Assembly (NCBI GenBank): GCA_951406725.2
Contig: OX597814.1
Span: 150,660,001-150,724,000, forward strand
Length of the DNA stretch: 64,000 nt
Direction: 5' to 3'
From: Octopus vulgaris
Taxonomy: Eukaryota
Shown here: piece after piece, positions 14,440 through 28,162 of the stretch
Layout: every line of letters begins with the position of its first letter
Position numbering within the stretch: the stretch's first letter is position 1
Notes under the pieces: model-generated
Seen by the model: the letters and a program-made list of their open reading frames with translations, nothing else
Told to the model about the DNA's origin: nothing
Database searches by the model: none
Made by a program: the position numbers and the translations under genes

Positions 14440-14891
14440 AGTAAACACACACACGCACACACACTATACGCATGCACATTATTTGGTCACACACAACCAC
14501 ATACACACAGGTATGTGCACACACCACTTCACATCAACTGCTACACACAACACACACACGTCAGACTCACTCGTCCCCATTCACACATACACACTCACAT
14601 ACACCATTCTCACATACACGCACACACTCGCGTACCTTAGTTCGTTGGTATAACCATTATTATTTCCTTCTCATTCAACTTTATTTTAATTATTTCTCCC
14701 TTTCATTCAACCTGTTCTTTTCTAGTCATCCTGCCATGTTGGACCGCTGAACTCTACACAGTTTTTCTTTCTCCGTTTGTTTATTTGGTTCTCTCTCCAT
14801 TTTCCCGTCTTATTCCTTTCTGCCGAAGAGCGTAGGCTCGAAACATAAAAGACTTCGTCTTCGTCTTTTTTGTATTTTGTGTGTAAATTTG

Positions 14892-14900
<9 letters not shown>
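14440..14900 (+). mobile_element. PLE family-2 3' UTR/pLTR remnant with degenerate hammerhead (about 14816-14852)
   Basis: Similar to 16400-16820 and to the reverse complement of 57750-58100; motif CTTT-CTGCCGA-A-GAGC-GTAG-GCTC-GAAA-CATA-AAAG; ends in (TA)n. Confidence 0.75.
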
Positions 14901-14947
<47 letters not shown>

Positions 14948-15170
14948 GTATGTACGTATATGTGTATATATGTACGTTTTTATATATGCATATTTATATG
15001 AATATATTTTAGCGACAGAGGCAGAATATATATCGGGAGGTAATATTTATCCAGACTTAAATGCGGATGTTCTATTAGAAGAAATTATATTGCAGTAGTT
15101 ACCATGCGAGAAAAAAATATTATATTGGATTTTTGGTGCAAAATACATATTCTTTATTCTACTTTTATTC

Positions 15171-16820
15171 CTCAGTCTCAATTTATGGCTCACTACTTCA
15201 TCCTAGGCGGATATCTCCTCACCACCATACACACTGCCCTTGTCAGAGCACGATCTGTGGACCATGCTTGTGCCAAAATTCTCCTCGCACTCTCCCCACC
15301 GTTCCCCGTCTCCCGTTTCCCCTCACCTACCACCCCTCTACCCTGCCCTTCCAACGCATCATTCTCCGAGCCTTCCGGCGACTCTAGTTTGGCCCCTTCA
15401 CCTCGCACATCTTCCCCAACCTACACCTTCTCTACTTCAAACGAGCCCATAACTTGCGTGACCTCCTGGTCCACAGTTTCTTCCGTAACCCCACTCCCTA
15501 GCTCGTGCCTCTGTCCCGGCCCACGTTGTCGCATCTACCCGTAACTCTCCAACACCACCATCCTCACAGGCACCTATCACCGTCTTTATAACATCACCGA
15601 CTCCTTTACCTACACTTCTAGCAGCATCATTTACTGCAACTCCTGCTCTCTCTGTCCCTCTTTGTACATCGGTCAAACGGGACGCCACGTGACTGACTAA
15701 TTCGCGGTGCAGCTCCGAGACAACAGACTCGTCAATGACACCCCGGTCTCGCACTATTTCCGCTCTACCGGTCATTCACTACAACATTTGTCAATGTTCG
15801 GACTGTCTTTGCACAAGGGCCATCCGGAATCCCGCTTTCCCCGGGAACAAGAATTATTCTTCTCTCTTCGCTCTTTTGTGTCAAATGAGCTGAACTCACC
15901 TCCTTTTTTTGTCTGACACCAGCTTCACCACCTCTTTTCATTTGATACCAACGCCACACCACTCCACATACACTAACACTGACCACTTTCTAACACCCAC
16001 ACCACACACCACCATCCACATACCGGCACACATCTTCAATAGCGTCACCACATATACCACTATATGAACACACACACACACTGTTTAATTCAGTACACAC
16101 TCCACACACCATCATGCACACTCCCACATCTACACAAGCACATAGTACTGAACACAACCTAAACACAGACAATATATACACCCACACCTACACCAGCACA
16201 CAATTCCTGAACATAGGCTATATATACAAACACACGTACACGCCTTAACACATGCAACATACATAGACCAAGATAACTTTCACCCACATGTGTGCGTGTG
16301 TGTGTATACACCATGCACATGCACACTGTTTGGTTACAGACACACACACACACAAATATGTGCACACAGCATGTGAAAAAGCACACATCCACTGTTACAC
16401 ACAACACACACACACGTTATATACGCACACATTCACACACGTCACAGGACTCGCTCCTATTCACACACACACACACTTTTATGCACTCACACACACCATT
16501 CTCTCATACACATGCACGCACCTTCTCTTGGGATCATCAGCACTTTATTATCTCCCGTTTATTTCACCTCTTTTTTAATTACTATTATTATCTTCCTTTC
16601 TTTCAATCTCTCTTTCTTCAATCATCGCCATGCTAAACCGCTGAAATCTACAAGTTTTTTTTTCATTCTTTCTCTGTTTATTTTCTGTTATTCCTTTCTG
16701 TTAAAGAGCGTAGGCTCAAAACATAATTTTTTTTTTATTTTCCCGAGAGTCAAACTAATATGCTTGCTTGTTGTTGATACACCTGTCTTCGTCTTTTGAT
16801 TTTCTATCTATTCCAACTAT
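15171..16820 (+). pseudogene. Degenerate 5'-truncated Neptune-type Penelope-like element (family 2): thumb, Cys linker, GIY-YIG, 3' UTR
   Basis: Frameshifted translation MAHYFILGGYLLTTIHTALVRARSVD...CPGPRCRIYP*...IIYCNSCSLCPSLYIGQTGR...ELFFSLRSFVSNELNSPPFFV*, homologous to the 58725-60200 ORF. Confidence 0.9.
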
Positions 16821-19800
16821 ATGAACTAGTAGGTGATTTTACTTATTGCTTGACAACGTTCTGATAGATGGTATTAATGCATTTTGATAACGAGTATTCG
16901 GGGAGAATAACCAAAATATATAATAAATATGTAGACTTGTGGCTACGGGAATAAACTTTGTGGATATGTTGTGTTTAATGAAGATAAAGATTACATAAGT
17001 TATACTATTTTACAGGAAAATGTTCAGACAATATCTAATATCATATACTACTTAATTATAGAAAGAAGCAGACTTAAAGGGTTAAAATATCTAAATAACT
17101 GTTTTGACGAGATCTGAAAAATTTTAATGGACTCTGGGGAAGTTATAACTGTTTGGACTAACACTAAATCAATGTAGAAGCAACGTTAACGTTCCCAAGA
17201 TATTTAATGATAACAATAAGATATAACTAGCTTACAAAAGCATATTAATTTTTCACAAACTCTTACTTATATAAATATGATGATACGGCAATATGCGTTT
17301 ACATGTATCATCAAATTAATTCATGAACGTTCAAACAGGTTGCTTACAAAAGTGAATATGCAAATGTTGACATACATGATTCTAAAACGCTCACATCCAG
17401 CCAATATATCAACTAACAAAGATACATACACACACACACTCAAATACACGTGCAAATAAACACATTGCCTCAATTATAAGTGCTCACTTAAAATTTTATA
17501 TAAATATAGATATAAAATACACATGCTATGAATACAATATAAAACTACATTCTCCCGGAAATGCAGTTACAGATTCAGTCGCTAGAGTATAAACACACAC
17601 GTACGCACACCCCCTCAAATACATTTAAAGCAAACATATCAATGCGTTGGTTAAACTTTACCTTCAGTATGAAACAACAATGCGTATGCCATGTAATGGA
17701 ATTTAGACGTCACCTTTATGATATAAAGAAAATTACGTACGCAGCGGAGATAATTGAGTAGGAAGAAATCTAATTTTATTTCTCTTTTTAGCAGTCTCGA
17801 CCTTATTTCATATTTTATTGCAAACGTTCACTTCAAACTACAATCTTGGCCGTTTGTCTTCGGAAATTCTAAGGAATTTATTGTTTTTCCAACTCCTTTA
17901 AATTGTCCATAATTTTCTGTGTTTTTTATTCCTTTCTACAATTTATGTATTTCTATAATGATTTCCACGATTCTGCTTTCTATCTTAGCCTGTTTATGTA
18001 AGGTTGCCAATTCGTCTGTACGTATGGACCGTGCATGCATTCGGAGCTATTGGATAATTTTCTATGTTCATGTGTCGTTCTAATTGTACCTGTGGTTTGT
18101 AAGGATTTATGCATATATGTGCTCTGTATTTCGAGGCACCATTAAGTCTGGTTCTATTTCTGAATATCTATGTTTTCCTTTACGTGCTTCCAACTGTCTT
18201 TTTGTCTCTCAGTTTCTTATCTCTGATTTTAGTTTATTTCTTTGTTATTGCTTTTTCGTTTTCCTTTTTTTTTTTCGCTGCTCCAATCTTATTTTGAATC
18301 ACAAAGCAATATTCCTGTTTGTTTCAATCTTACACTGTACTGATAACATCCGACCCTTTTAATAATCTGAGCATATTTGCTTTATTTCTGTAAATTTATA
18401 TTCTTCTCTTCTCACATTCTATCTTCAAACACCCAACACCGCTTTCTCTTCATCAAATTAGCAAACCTTTTAATCGATGTGTGTATGTGTATGTGCCTAT
18501 GTGTGTGCGCGCGTGTGTATGTGTGTGTGAGTCTGTTAGTGCGTGTGTGTCTGTGTGTGTATAACAGTTCCATATTTACATTCGCATAGTAATATAAAAA
18601 GAAGAAATGAGCACAGCGTTGTACACGTGTATCTACATTCTGCAAGGATGTACATACAGATATACTGAGGGGCGGAGACCTCTATATGGTTGGTGTACAA
18701 CTACATACCTAAATGCAGGTTAAGAATGTGTACATGTGTTCATGATTTACGCACATTTTAAAGTAAAGAATAAACAAATCGGAACGATAAAATATGTGAA
18801 ATATATAAGAAATACAAATACAAATATCGCATATTATTTACAGTTAAGGTTTGTTGTCTCAGGTGTATATATTCTTCTATATAAGCATTATCATTTATGC
18901 ATAAATTCAAGTATATGTGTGTTCCTTTCTCTATATGAAACTTCTCGTGTACGTAAATCAGACAACGAGTTCCTGTATGCATATTATATTTTTCTGCATA
19001 AATGTGAAATACTCTAACGTAAGACTGTTGATTTTTCTTGATGCTAACCATCTATAAGTTTCAGGTTTTAGCGTTTGGCATAGATCGTTTACAAGATGCT
19101 ATAAAATCCATCGTATTAAAACCAAATGCTATGCAGCAAATCAAATTGTTATAGGCATATCAATAGTAATTTTAGTTGGAATTTCTACAAAATATTCTGT
19201 AAATATTTTAGTGATACAAAAATTGCATATATCGATGACGAAAAGAAGTTAGTTGTCAAGATACAGTCAATATTCAATGGATACCTTTCATGAAATTTTA
19301 TGTATAAAATAAAAGAGTGCATAGAAAACTATGGATTTGGCAATGTAGAGTCTGTATGTCTGGAAGATGTATTTTCCTTGGAAAAAACATTTGGTGACCG
19401 CCTCTAATTTGAAATTGAATAAATTCTGTGAGGGCGCACAGAACTACTCAACACCAAACTATATTTAAAGAAGACTTCAACAAAAAATCTCCAGACATGT
19501 TCTTGACAACCAGACAGAAGACTGTCTTTACTTCAAATTTTTCAAATTTTTATAAATTTTTACTGATATTTGATAAGATAAAGAGGAAATTTGAAGCCAT
19601 TTATGTACATGGATGTGATTTAAATTACTAACCAGTAAGTTTTGTAATTGTTGTTACGTCTCTATTTTGGTCTCACATATAGTTAGAGAGGAACTGTACC
19701 TCTTCTGCTTCCGTGTTTGACTAAATAAGATCTAATTTATCAGAACTTGAAAATAGAGTAAAAGTGAACTACCAAACATTTTGTAGCATTGCTGTTATCA

Positions 19801-20182
19801 ACAGGCACCTTTGTGTTGTATTCTATGTTTCATGCAGACATTTACAGTCTTGGAGACAGGGGCAAATGGGGGAAAGTCTTGCATTTTGAAAATTAATGTT
19901 GTTATAATTACTTTCCTGTTAATTATAGATCAAGAAAAAGTGAATTTCTGGTGATAATTATAGTTATTTTAGCGTTATTTATGCTGAAGATTATGTGACT
20001 TGTTAGAAAACATATTCATATTAGATTTAAGAAAAATCGGCAATAAGTGTACTTAACTTTAAACAAAATAGATGATTATACACTATTATCTTCCTCTTTT
20101 ACTTCGTACAAATGGAGATACTGTGTATTTTCTATGAATCATCTTCTATGTAAAGCATAACATTAATGTGTATCAGTACAGT

Positions 20183-20400
20183 TAGGCTGACGAACTTGGC
20201 AGAATCGTTAACCCACCGGCTAAAATGCTTACCGGCATTTCATCTGTCTTTACGTTCTGAGATCAAATTCCGCCGAGCCCGTGTTTTCCTTTCATCCCTT
20301 CGGGGTCGATTAAGTAAGTACCAGTTGGGTATTGGGGTCGATGTAATCGACTTAGTCCCTACCTCGAAATTGCTGGCCTTGTGCCAATATTTGAAACTAA
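20183..20400 (+). mobile_element. SINE family B
   Basis: GGCAGAATCGTTAA...TTCTGAGATCAAATTCCGCCGAG...CCTTTCATCCCTTCGGGGTCGAT...AAGTACCAG. Confidence 0.85.
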
Positions 20401-22474
20401 TATGCATAAGTGCAATTAAACGTTGCCTCATTTATAGATATGATTGAGAACATGTGAGGACATGGCGATTATTTGTACTAGTCGGGATGGTTAGAGTAGT
20501 TTTGGGGATATAATGTAAAATTTAATTTGACAAAATTAATCATACTACTATCTGTAATCTTTGAATGATTCTATCATTCTCTTCCTACGTCTCTCTAATA
20601 AGTGACCATTTTATTACGTAATAAAATTTATCCATCAGCTCACTAAATTGCATATTTCAACTCCATCAAAGAAAGTCATAAGATCATCAAATATCTCTGT
20701 GTTTGACCAAGAACCTGTCGTAATTAACTGCCACATCAAATAAAAGGGAATACATGTGGTTTTCATTGCAGTTTGATAATAATCACTATTTGGAACTTAA
20801 TATTTTCCTGAATTTTCCTGGAATCTTCATAAGGCCAGTGAATATCCCTTAGTCTTTTAAGATGACCCATTCAGTTTTAAACAGGCTTCATCGATGCAAT
20901 ATAAGCAAAGTGGGGCCAACATGTATTATAAAAATCTGAAAACTGTACAGGTCGGTCAATATCTCCTGTCATGTATCTTATGTTACAACTTCTATAGTAG
21001 AACGGGCACTTTGGCTTTGATGTCGTTGATGTATACTGACCAATAATAGCACTACCTTTGCGTAAGTTGTTGCTGTTTTGCATTATATATAGCTGAGCGC
21101 ATCGGAAATAAATTCTGTAATCAAAATTCATTAAGCATAGCTTTGATATTTTTTGGACTTAAAATATTAAATTAATTCTCAGATGTCGATGTCTTGCTTC
21201 TGCATCATTTGAGAGCCATTAATAATGACATTATTTAACAGTTGCATTTCTTTGTACTCCGTTACATTAAAATATTGCGTTAAATAATCCGGAAAAAAAT
21301 ATAAACATTAATCATATCTAGCGATGTTAAGTAGAACCGGGCGTGATTAAAATCATTAATTAATTAAGGTGGATTGGTTAGTAATATTTTAGCAATATCG
21401 GGCGAATTTTGTTGAACATCCATATTCGTGTTGGCGGGGTGGAAGTGTGAGATTGTTGCCCAAATCTGTCCTACGGGTTCCATTTTGTTACGTCAGCTAC
21501 ATAGTAACATATATCTAGTTAGGTTAATTTTGTCGGAAATGTATCAAAGATAGATAATTATATTATATTAAATACTCCAGATCCCTCAGACCATCCCTGT
21601 TTTTGACCAAGAGAGAATAAAGACCACATACACTTCTGAATCTAATATCGTTAAATCTAGAAAATCTACTGCCGAAAGCTAAATCTTTTAGTAACAGGTT
21701 TCTTTATTAAAAGATAGAATTCCACTCGAAGTTATGTTCTCATGTACTATTATTCCACAGGGCAACATATAGTAACTCGCATAATACTAGTGTTGATTGA
21801 GTTGAATATATCTTTTACTAATTTTACCCACATCGCTTTTAGTCAGTATAAATAAGACAGCATTTAAATGCAGTTAAAATGATGGCTTAGTGGTGATTCA
21901 ATATAATATAACAAACTATTGACACATAAAGGCATAGATTCGATGTTTGAGAAGTCAATCTTATAGTAGTTCGTATTTCCACAGAGGTAAATGTCAAAAT
22001 AGTATGACATACATTCTACTGTCATCTACTTTGAAAATAAGGCTTATGTCTTTTGCTTATTAATCATTAGACTGCATGTATTTTGGGCGGTTTGCTCTTT
22101 TTCAGGTTTTTGCGATATTACTGAAAACAAATCTAGTGTATGCAACTACATCAATCTCGTAAATTTGTTTGTTTCAAGACATAGAACATGGATGACTTTT
22201 TAAGAGTTAGGATAATATTTCAGGTCATTACTTGATAGAGGGAATATTCTTTTTCAAACATTTCAATCATAATCATGAGTTAACTTTAAAATGCTTGTAG
22301 CACCTTGCTTTAAGTTGAAGAATTTCTCGTTCTGAAATTCTCTATATTGTTTTCAGGCAAATCATGAATTTCTCTCTCGAAGAAGTGTTCGTTACACTTG
22401 AATGCGTTGAATTAAATACTCCGTTTTCTAGAAAAGATTTTCATGTATTCTTGTAAGGAAGTAGCAGAGATTTA

Positions 22475-22536
<62 letters not shown>

Positions 22537-22654
22537 GAAATATTAAAATTACTAAGTCTCTCTAAAGGAGATTACGGCAGCGTTACTGGAAATTAATAGT
22601 ATATATATTTCTAGAAAAGCTTTTCACGAAAGAAGGAAGCAGAGTAGAGATTTA

Positions 22655-22694
<40 letters not shown>

Positions 22695-22962
22695 TTTATC
22701 TTTTACTTACTTCAGTCATTAGACTACAGACATGCTGGGGCACCGACTTGAAGAATTTTTATACAAAGGAATCTATACCAGTACATACATTTTTGCTAAG
22801 CCTGGTACTTATTCTCTCGGTCTTTTACCGAACCGCTAAGTTACAGAGACGTAAACAATGCGCGCCATGTCATACATATCACTCTTGTATGAACATACAT
22901 ACATGACATGTACAATATTGCATGATTGTTGCTAAAACAATTTCATCAATGCATGTGTACAC

Positions 22963-23372
22963 AGATCATTTCGGTTTGAACGGCAGTTTTTTCTAGCGGT
23001 GTCATATGAAATTGTCACCCATAATTATGACCCTAGTATCGATCTATTGCATTTCAATCTGTTTTAGGGTTAGGGGTGGGGGAAGGGTATCTTTTTTCTT
23101 CACAAATGTAAATAAACCTAATCTGTTTCTTAACCGAGGGACATATTCATACGGCACAAAATGTTTTTTACCTCAATGGACGTCAGTGATTGGTTGAAAT
23201 TGCAGAAATTGAAGAAAAAAACAACAAATATCTTACAAACTATAGAATTTTCTCAATAAAGCCAAGAGAAAAAGATGTTTTATAAACACATTCTACCAGT
23301 ATACAAAGTTTAAACATTTTTTTAGTTACCTAAAAATTATGTTAAAAATTGCCGTTCAAACCGAAAAGATTC
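22963..23372. mobile_element. MITE / non-autonomous DNA transposon, about 29-bp TIRs, 8-bp TSD
   Basis: Left AGATCATTTCGGTTTGAACGGCAGTTTTT, right AAAAATTGCCGTTCAAACCGAAAAGATTC; GTGTACAC duplicated at 22955-22962 and 23373-23380. Confidence 0.9.
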
Positions 23373-25469
23373 GTGTACACTCATGCTTCAAAATCTGCAT
23401 GACAACATAGTTGTTATATGAATTCCATTGAAAATATCATGTTTTGTAGTTGAGCAGCATATCTTCGTGAATTCTTAAGAGATTTTGAAAAGTAAGGCCA
23501 GAATTACATATATACGCACAAGTAGTCTTGCATGTTTACACAATTACCTGCGTAGAAGAGTGAATAGCGATTATGTAGAAAAATAGAACAAGTTGCAGAC
23601 ACAGATGGCAAGCAGTTTTCGTCTACCAGATCCACTCAAAAGACTAAGGTCTGCACGAGGCTATAGTAGACGACACATACTCATAGTGCCACGCAATGAG
23701 ACTGAAACAGAATCATATGGTTATGAAGCACCCTTCTACTACACAGCCACAGAATTGTCACTTCCCGAGTGTGTCTATGCACATAGATACATTCCAATGT
23801 TACAACTTCATTCTAATTTTTCTCGTTTCTCTTCCCTCCATTAATTCTTCATTTAACGTTGTGTAACGTGGATATTATGCATACGTTTGTGTACTCATGT
23901 GTATTTGTGTCTTTATCAATGTATGTCCACATGCGTGTGATTTTTCATTTAATTATATGTACATATATGAACACATCTATAAGTTTATATGCGTATGTGG
24001 CTGTGTGATTGTGTATTTGTATATATGATGGTGTCCCCTTTCTCTCTCTCTCTCTCTCTCTGGTCGATCCTTCCGACAGAGAAAAAGAAAAATCGAAATA
24101 AAGAATTAATATTTCATAAGTCAACCAAAAAGATATGAACTTCAAACTTGAGGTTCAATGGGTTTGAACTAAGAGTGCAGAGAGCCGGATCAAATACAGC
24201 AAGATATTCTATCCACCACTTTTCTAATGAAATACAAAGTTTAAGTCTCCTTTACATTATCTCACCGATTTTTAGTATCAGGTACACATCTCTCACCCTT
24301 TTGTTTACACACGCTTGTAAACAGATTTAAAATCGTAATCCATTTTAACACAATGATCACAGTCTTACATACATACAACATACATACATACAAATGTGTG
24401 TGTGTATGTGCTTTAATATGCATATATGAATGAGGTCGATTGTTACAGGGAAAGAGAATCATATGCAAAGGTTTAGTTCGAAGCTATTGAAGCTATAAAT
24501 TGTAGCGTATAATTATTAGGTTTAAAAACCTTTAGATATGAGAAGTCATCAATGTTTAGATAAATATAACTGCTTCTGATTTATCAAGAAGAGTTAAACA
24601 ACGAAAGTCAATATGCAGATGGTGTACACAGTTTCTTAATGAATTTTAACTGAATGGTTCAATAATGTAGTGCGCCAAATCTCGTATTGTCATTCTTTCT
24701 GTCAGTGTACTTGCACTACTATATAAATTACTCACAAATCTATACTGTCGTGGGGTTGGGGGTATTACTTTATACTATCCAAAAAGGGGAAAGCATTGGC
24801 TGTTCTGAGTGAGGTGGGGGAGAGAAGAAGAAAATAGAAAGGAAGAGAAATAAGATAAATTGATACACGGGAGTAATAAGAGTAGGAAAAGAAACAGAGA
24901 AACAGTGAAAATTTTCAGCAATTAAAAACATATGTTACAGGTACTCATGGGATCATGCAGGAGAATACAGAGGAAGATGTAAAAAGAAAAAAAAAATCAA
25001 AGTGATATATCTTAAGTACATGTAAGAGAGGAGCAGAAAGTTAATGTTCTACAAAATAAGCGCATAGTGAATGAGCAATGCTTGAATGATAGTGATTTTT
25101 AAAAAACGGAAGTGTCCCTTGTATGATATTGAGTTTGTGAATAGAGAATATGATAATGAGGAGAGGAAGTGAAGGTGGAATTAAGAATAAGAACGTTTGT
25201 GAAATTTATACTTATGTAAATAGAGAGTAAGAGATAAAATATATGTATACATGTGAGTGAGTCTGTGAGAGTAATACAAGAGTGGAGGGTGGAGATAATA
25301 ATAATAAAAATGTTAACAGACGAAACAAATGAAACACAAGTAGAAAAATGGCGCAAGGCTTGAAATAATGACATTATCATTTACTGAAAGGAAGCAGAAA
25401 TAAACAGTCATTTTGATGTGTCTTGTTATATATACGATTCTGCGGTGCGTGTGTGTGTATGTGTGTGTA

Positions 25470-25500
<31 letters not shown>

Positions 25501-25616
25501 GGTGTGGTGTGTTTGTGTGTGTGTGTGTGCATTTGTACGTGTGTGGGCGGGGCGTGTGGTTGTTTGTGTCGGTATGTGTATAAGTGATTGTCCATGTACA
25601 AGTGCGTGCGTGTGTG

Positions 25617-25658
<42 letters not shown>

Positions 25659-26044
25659 TGTCAAGAGATGTGCGAATGAAGTTGCATGTGTATATGTATG
25701 CATGTGTGTGCTTTTACGGCTGTATTATATTTCGCCAAGAAAATGTATGCATGCCTTCATTATGCTAAGTATCGCAAATCAAATAGTATGCATACCATGA
25801 ATTTTTAAGATCCAATGGAGAGCAAAGTTAATAATTTAGCAAAAGTAGTAGAAGTGGATGGGAAATGTAATAGTATACCCATTACATTTTATAACCAACT
25901 AGAATAAGAGTATATGTATATATCGCTAACAAGATTCTGTGACTGACGCTGGTCTTATACACTCTCCTCTCTCTTTCTCTCTATTTGTCGCTTGCTATAT
26001 CCCCCAATGCTTTTATCTCCTTGTGTGTACATATGTATACATAA

Positions 26045-26115
<71 letters not shown>

Positions 26116-27171
26116 CATGACGAAATGAACGGATATATGTAAGTATATGTGTGTATACCTGTTTTTATTTGAGTACGTGGCCTTCCTGTATGTATGCATG
26201 CATGCATGTGTGTATGTATGTATGTATGTATTTATGTATTTATGCATGCATGTATGTATGTATGCATGTATGTATGTAAGTATATGTGTGTATATTTGTT
26301 TTTATTTGAGTACGTGGCCTTCCTGTATGTATTTATGTATGTATGTATGTGTGTGTGTGTGTGTGTGTATGTGTTTGCCTGTATGTATGTCTGTATCTAC
26401 CACTATATACGTGTACACGCATACATCTTGGTGGACTTAATTTATTTTCAACACCATTCTTTCTCTTATTCTCTCTCTCTCTCTCTCTCTCTCCCCTCTC
26501 TCTCTCTCTCTCTCTGCAACTTGTTCTATTTTTGTACCAAATCCTTATTCACCCTTCTGCGCTTGTACTTGTGCAAACATGTATGTGTGTCTGTGTGCTT
26601 GTGTGTGTGTGCGTGTGTGTGTGTGCGTGTGTAATTCTGGCTTTATTTTAAAAATCTCTTGCAAATTCACGAAGAGATGGTCCTTAACTAAAAAAAAAAA
26701 AACGAGAATTTCAATGGAATTTAGATAACAACTAGGTTGTCATGCATGTTTTAAAACGTGTATACACATGAATAAATGAAAATGTTCTCGACACATGCAC
26801 GCAATATCGTGCTTGTCATGTATGTATGTTCATATAAGAATGATATGCATGACATTGCTTGCGTTGTTTATGCTATGGCTTATGCATCAGCACATGCTGG
26901 TATATCTGCATTTCTGTATGAGAGCATTAGCTCACAGGTCTAACTTATGTGCTACTTATTTGAATAGTTCCATTAACGATTTCCCTGTGTACATTTCTAA
27001 TTTGCTGTGTTTCTGGCTCTGTGAAATCCAGTACATGACGTTTTGGTATCTAACTGTGCAATAATTAGATGTATACAGGTATAAATATATAATGTGGTGG
27101 CCAGAAAGTAGTACTTGTGGGTCACTTTCATCATGTTAATGTGTGTGTGTGTGTGTGTGTGTGTTTATGCG

Positions 27172-27460
<289 letters not shown>

Positions 27461-27623
27461 GTGTGTGTGATTGTGTATAGAAGAATATATTAATAAAAAG
27501 AATTCCAACCTTGTCTGATTTTCACGTTTTATTTACAATCTTATAATGATATATTATAAGATAATATATTATAATTGAATAAAATAAAAATGAAATAGTA
27601 GAATGTTAAATATTCATTCTGAT

Positions 27624-27668
27624 TGAACTAGTACTTTCATGCATTGAATTCTGCAATCTTCGGGTTCA
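27624..27668 (-). ncRNA. Minimal type I hammerhead ribozyme (downstream pLTR)
   Basis: TGAAC-CCGAAGA-T-TGCA-GAATTCAA-TGCA-T-GAAA-GTAC-TA-GTTCA: stem I TGAAC/GTTCA, stem II TGCA/TGCA, palindromic stem III AGTACT, predicted CUA cleavage triplet; core is CCGA rather than CUGA. Confidence 0.8.
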
Positions 27669-28162
27669 TGTAGTAGTGTTGACAGTCATGCTTCACAATT
27701 TTTGACTGTAGCAAGATGAGTGATTCTGTGCTATAAATACAGCTGGGTAGGCTCCAGAGTGCTAGGTTTTGCAAACTGTATTCTGACCAATCAGTGTGTA
27801 GTATCACTCAATTACTTAAGCTGATTGGTTGGTTGAGCTGATTGGTTTAGGCATCACGCTTTGTTGGACAGGTCAAGAGTCCTGTATCTTGACCCTGGCC
27901 GAAGCAGCAATTGTTGGGTTATTTTTAGAAATGTTGTAAATATCCTTTGTCAGAGATTTTTATATTTTTATATTTCAATTGTCATCATCATCATTGTCAG
28001 CACCTTAATTATTGTTGCTAGTGGTGATGGTGGTGGCAATAGAACTTTTAACCCTAAATAAGATAATTTTCCTGCTATCTTCGTCTTGATCACCTTTAGT
28101 ATTGTTGTTGTTGTTAGTGGTCATGGTCGTAGCAGTGGAAGTAATACCTCTAAGTATTATTA

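Noticed and set aside
19200-21140. Non-repetitive stretches and short ORFs (19428, 20877) as possible host exons
   Set aside because: No recognisable domain and no consistent splice-site/frame chain.
23064-23075. TTAGGG repeats as an interstitial telomere
   Set aside because: Only two units, and they are internal to a MITE.
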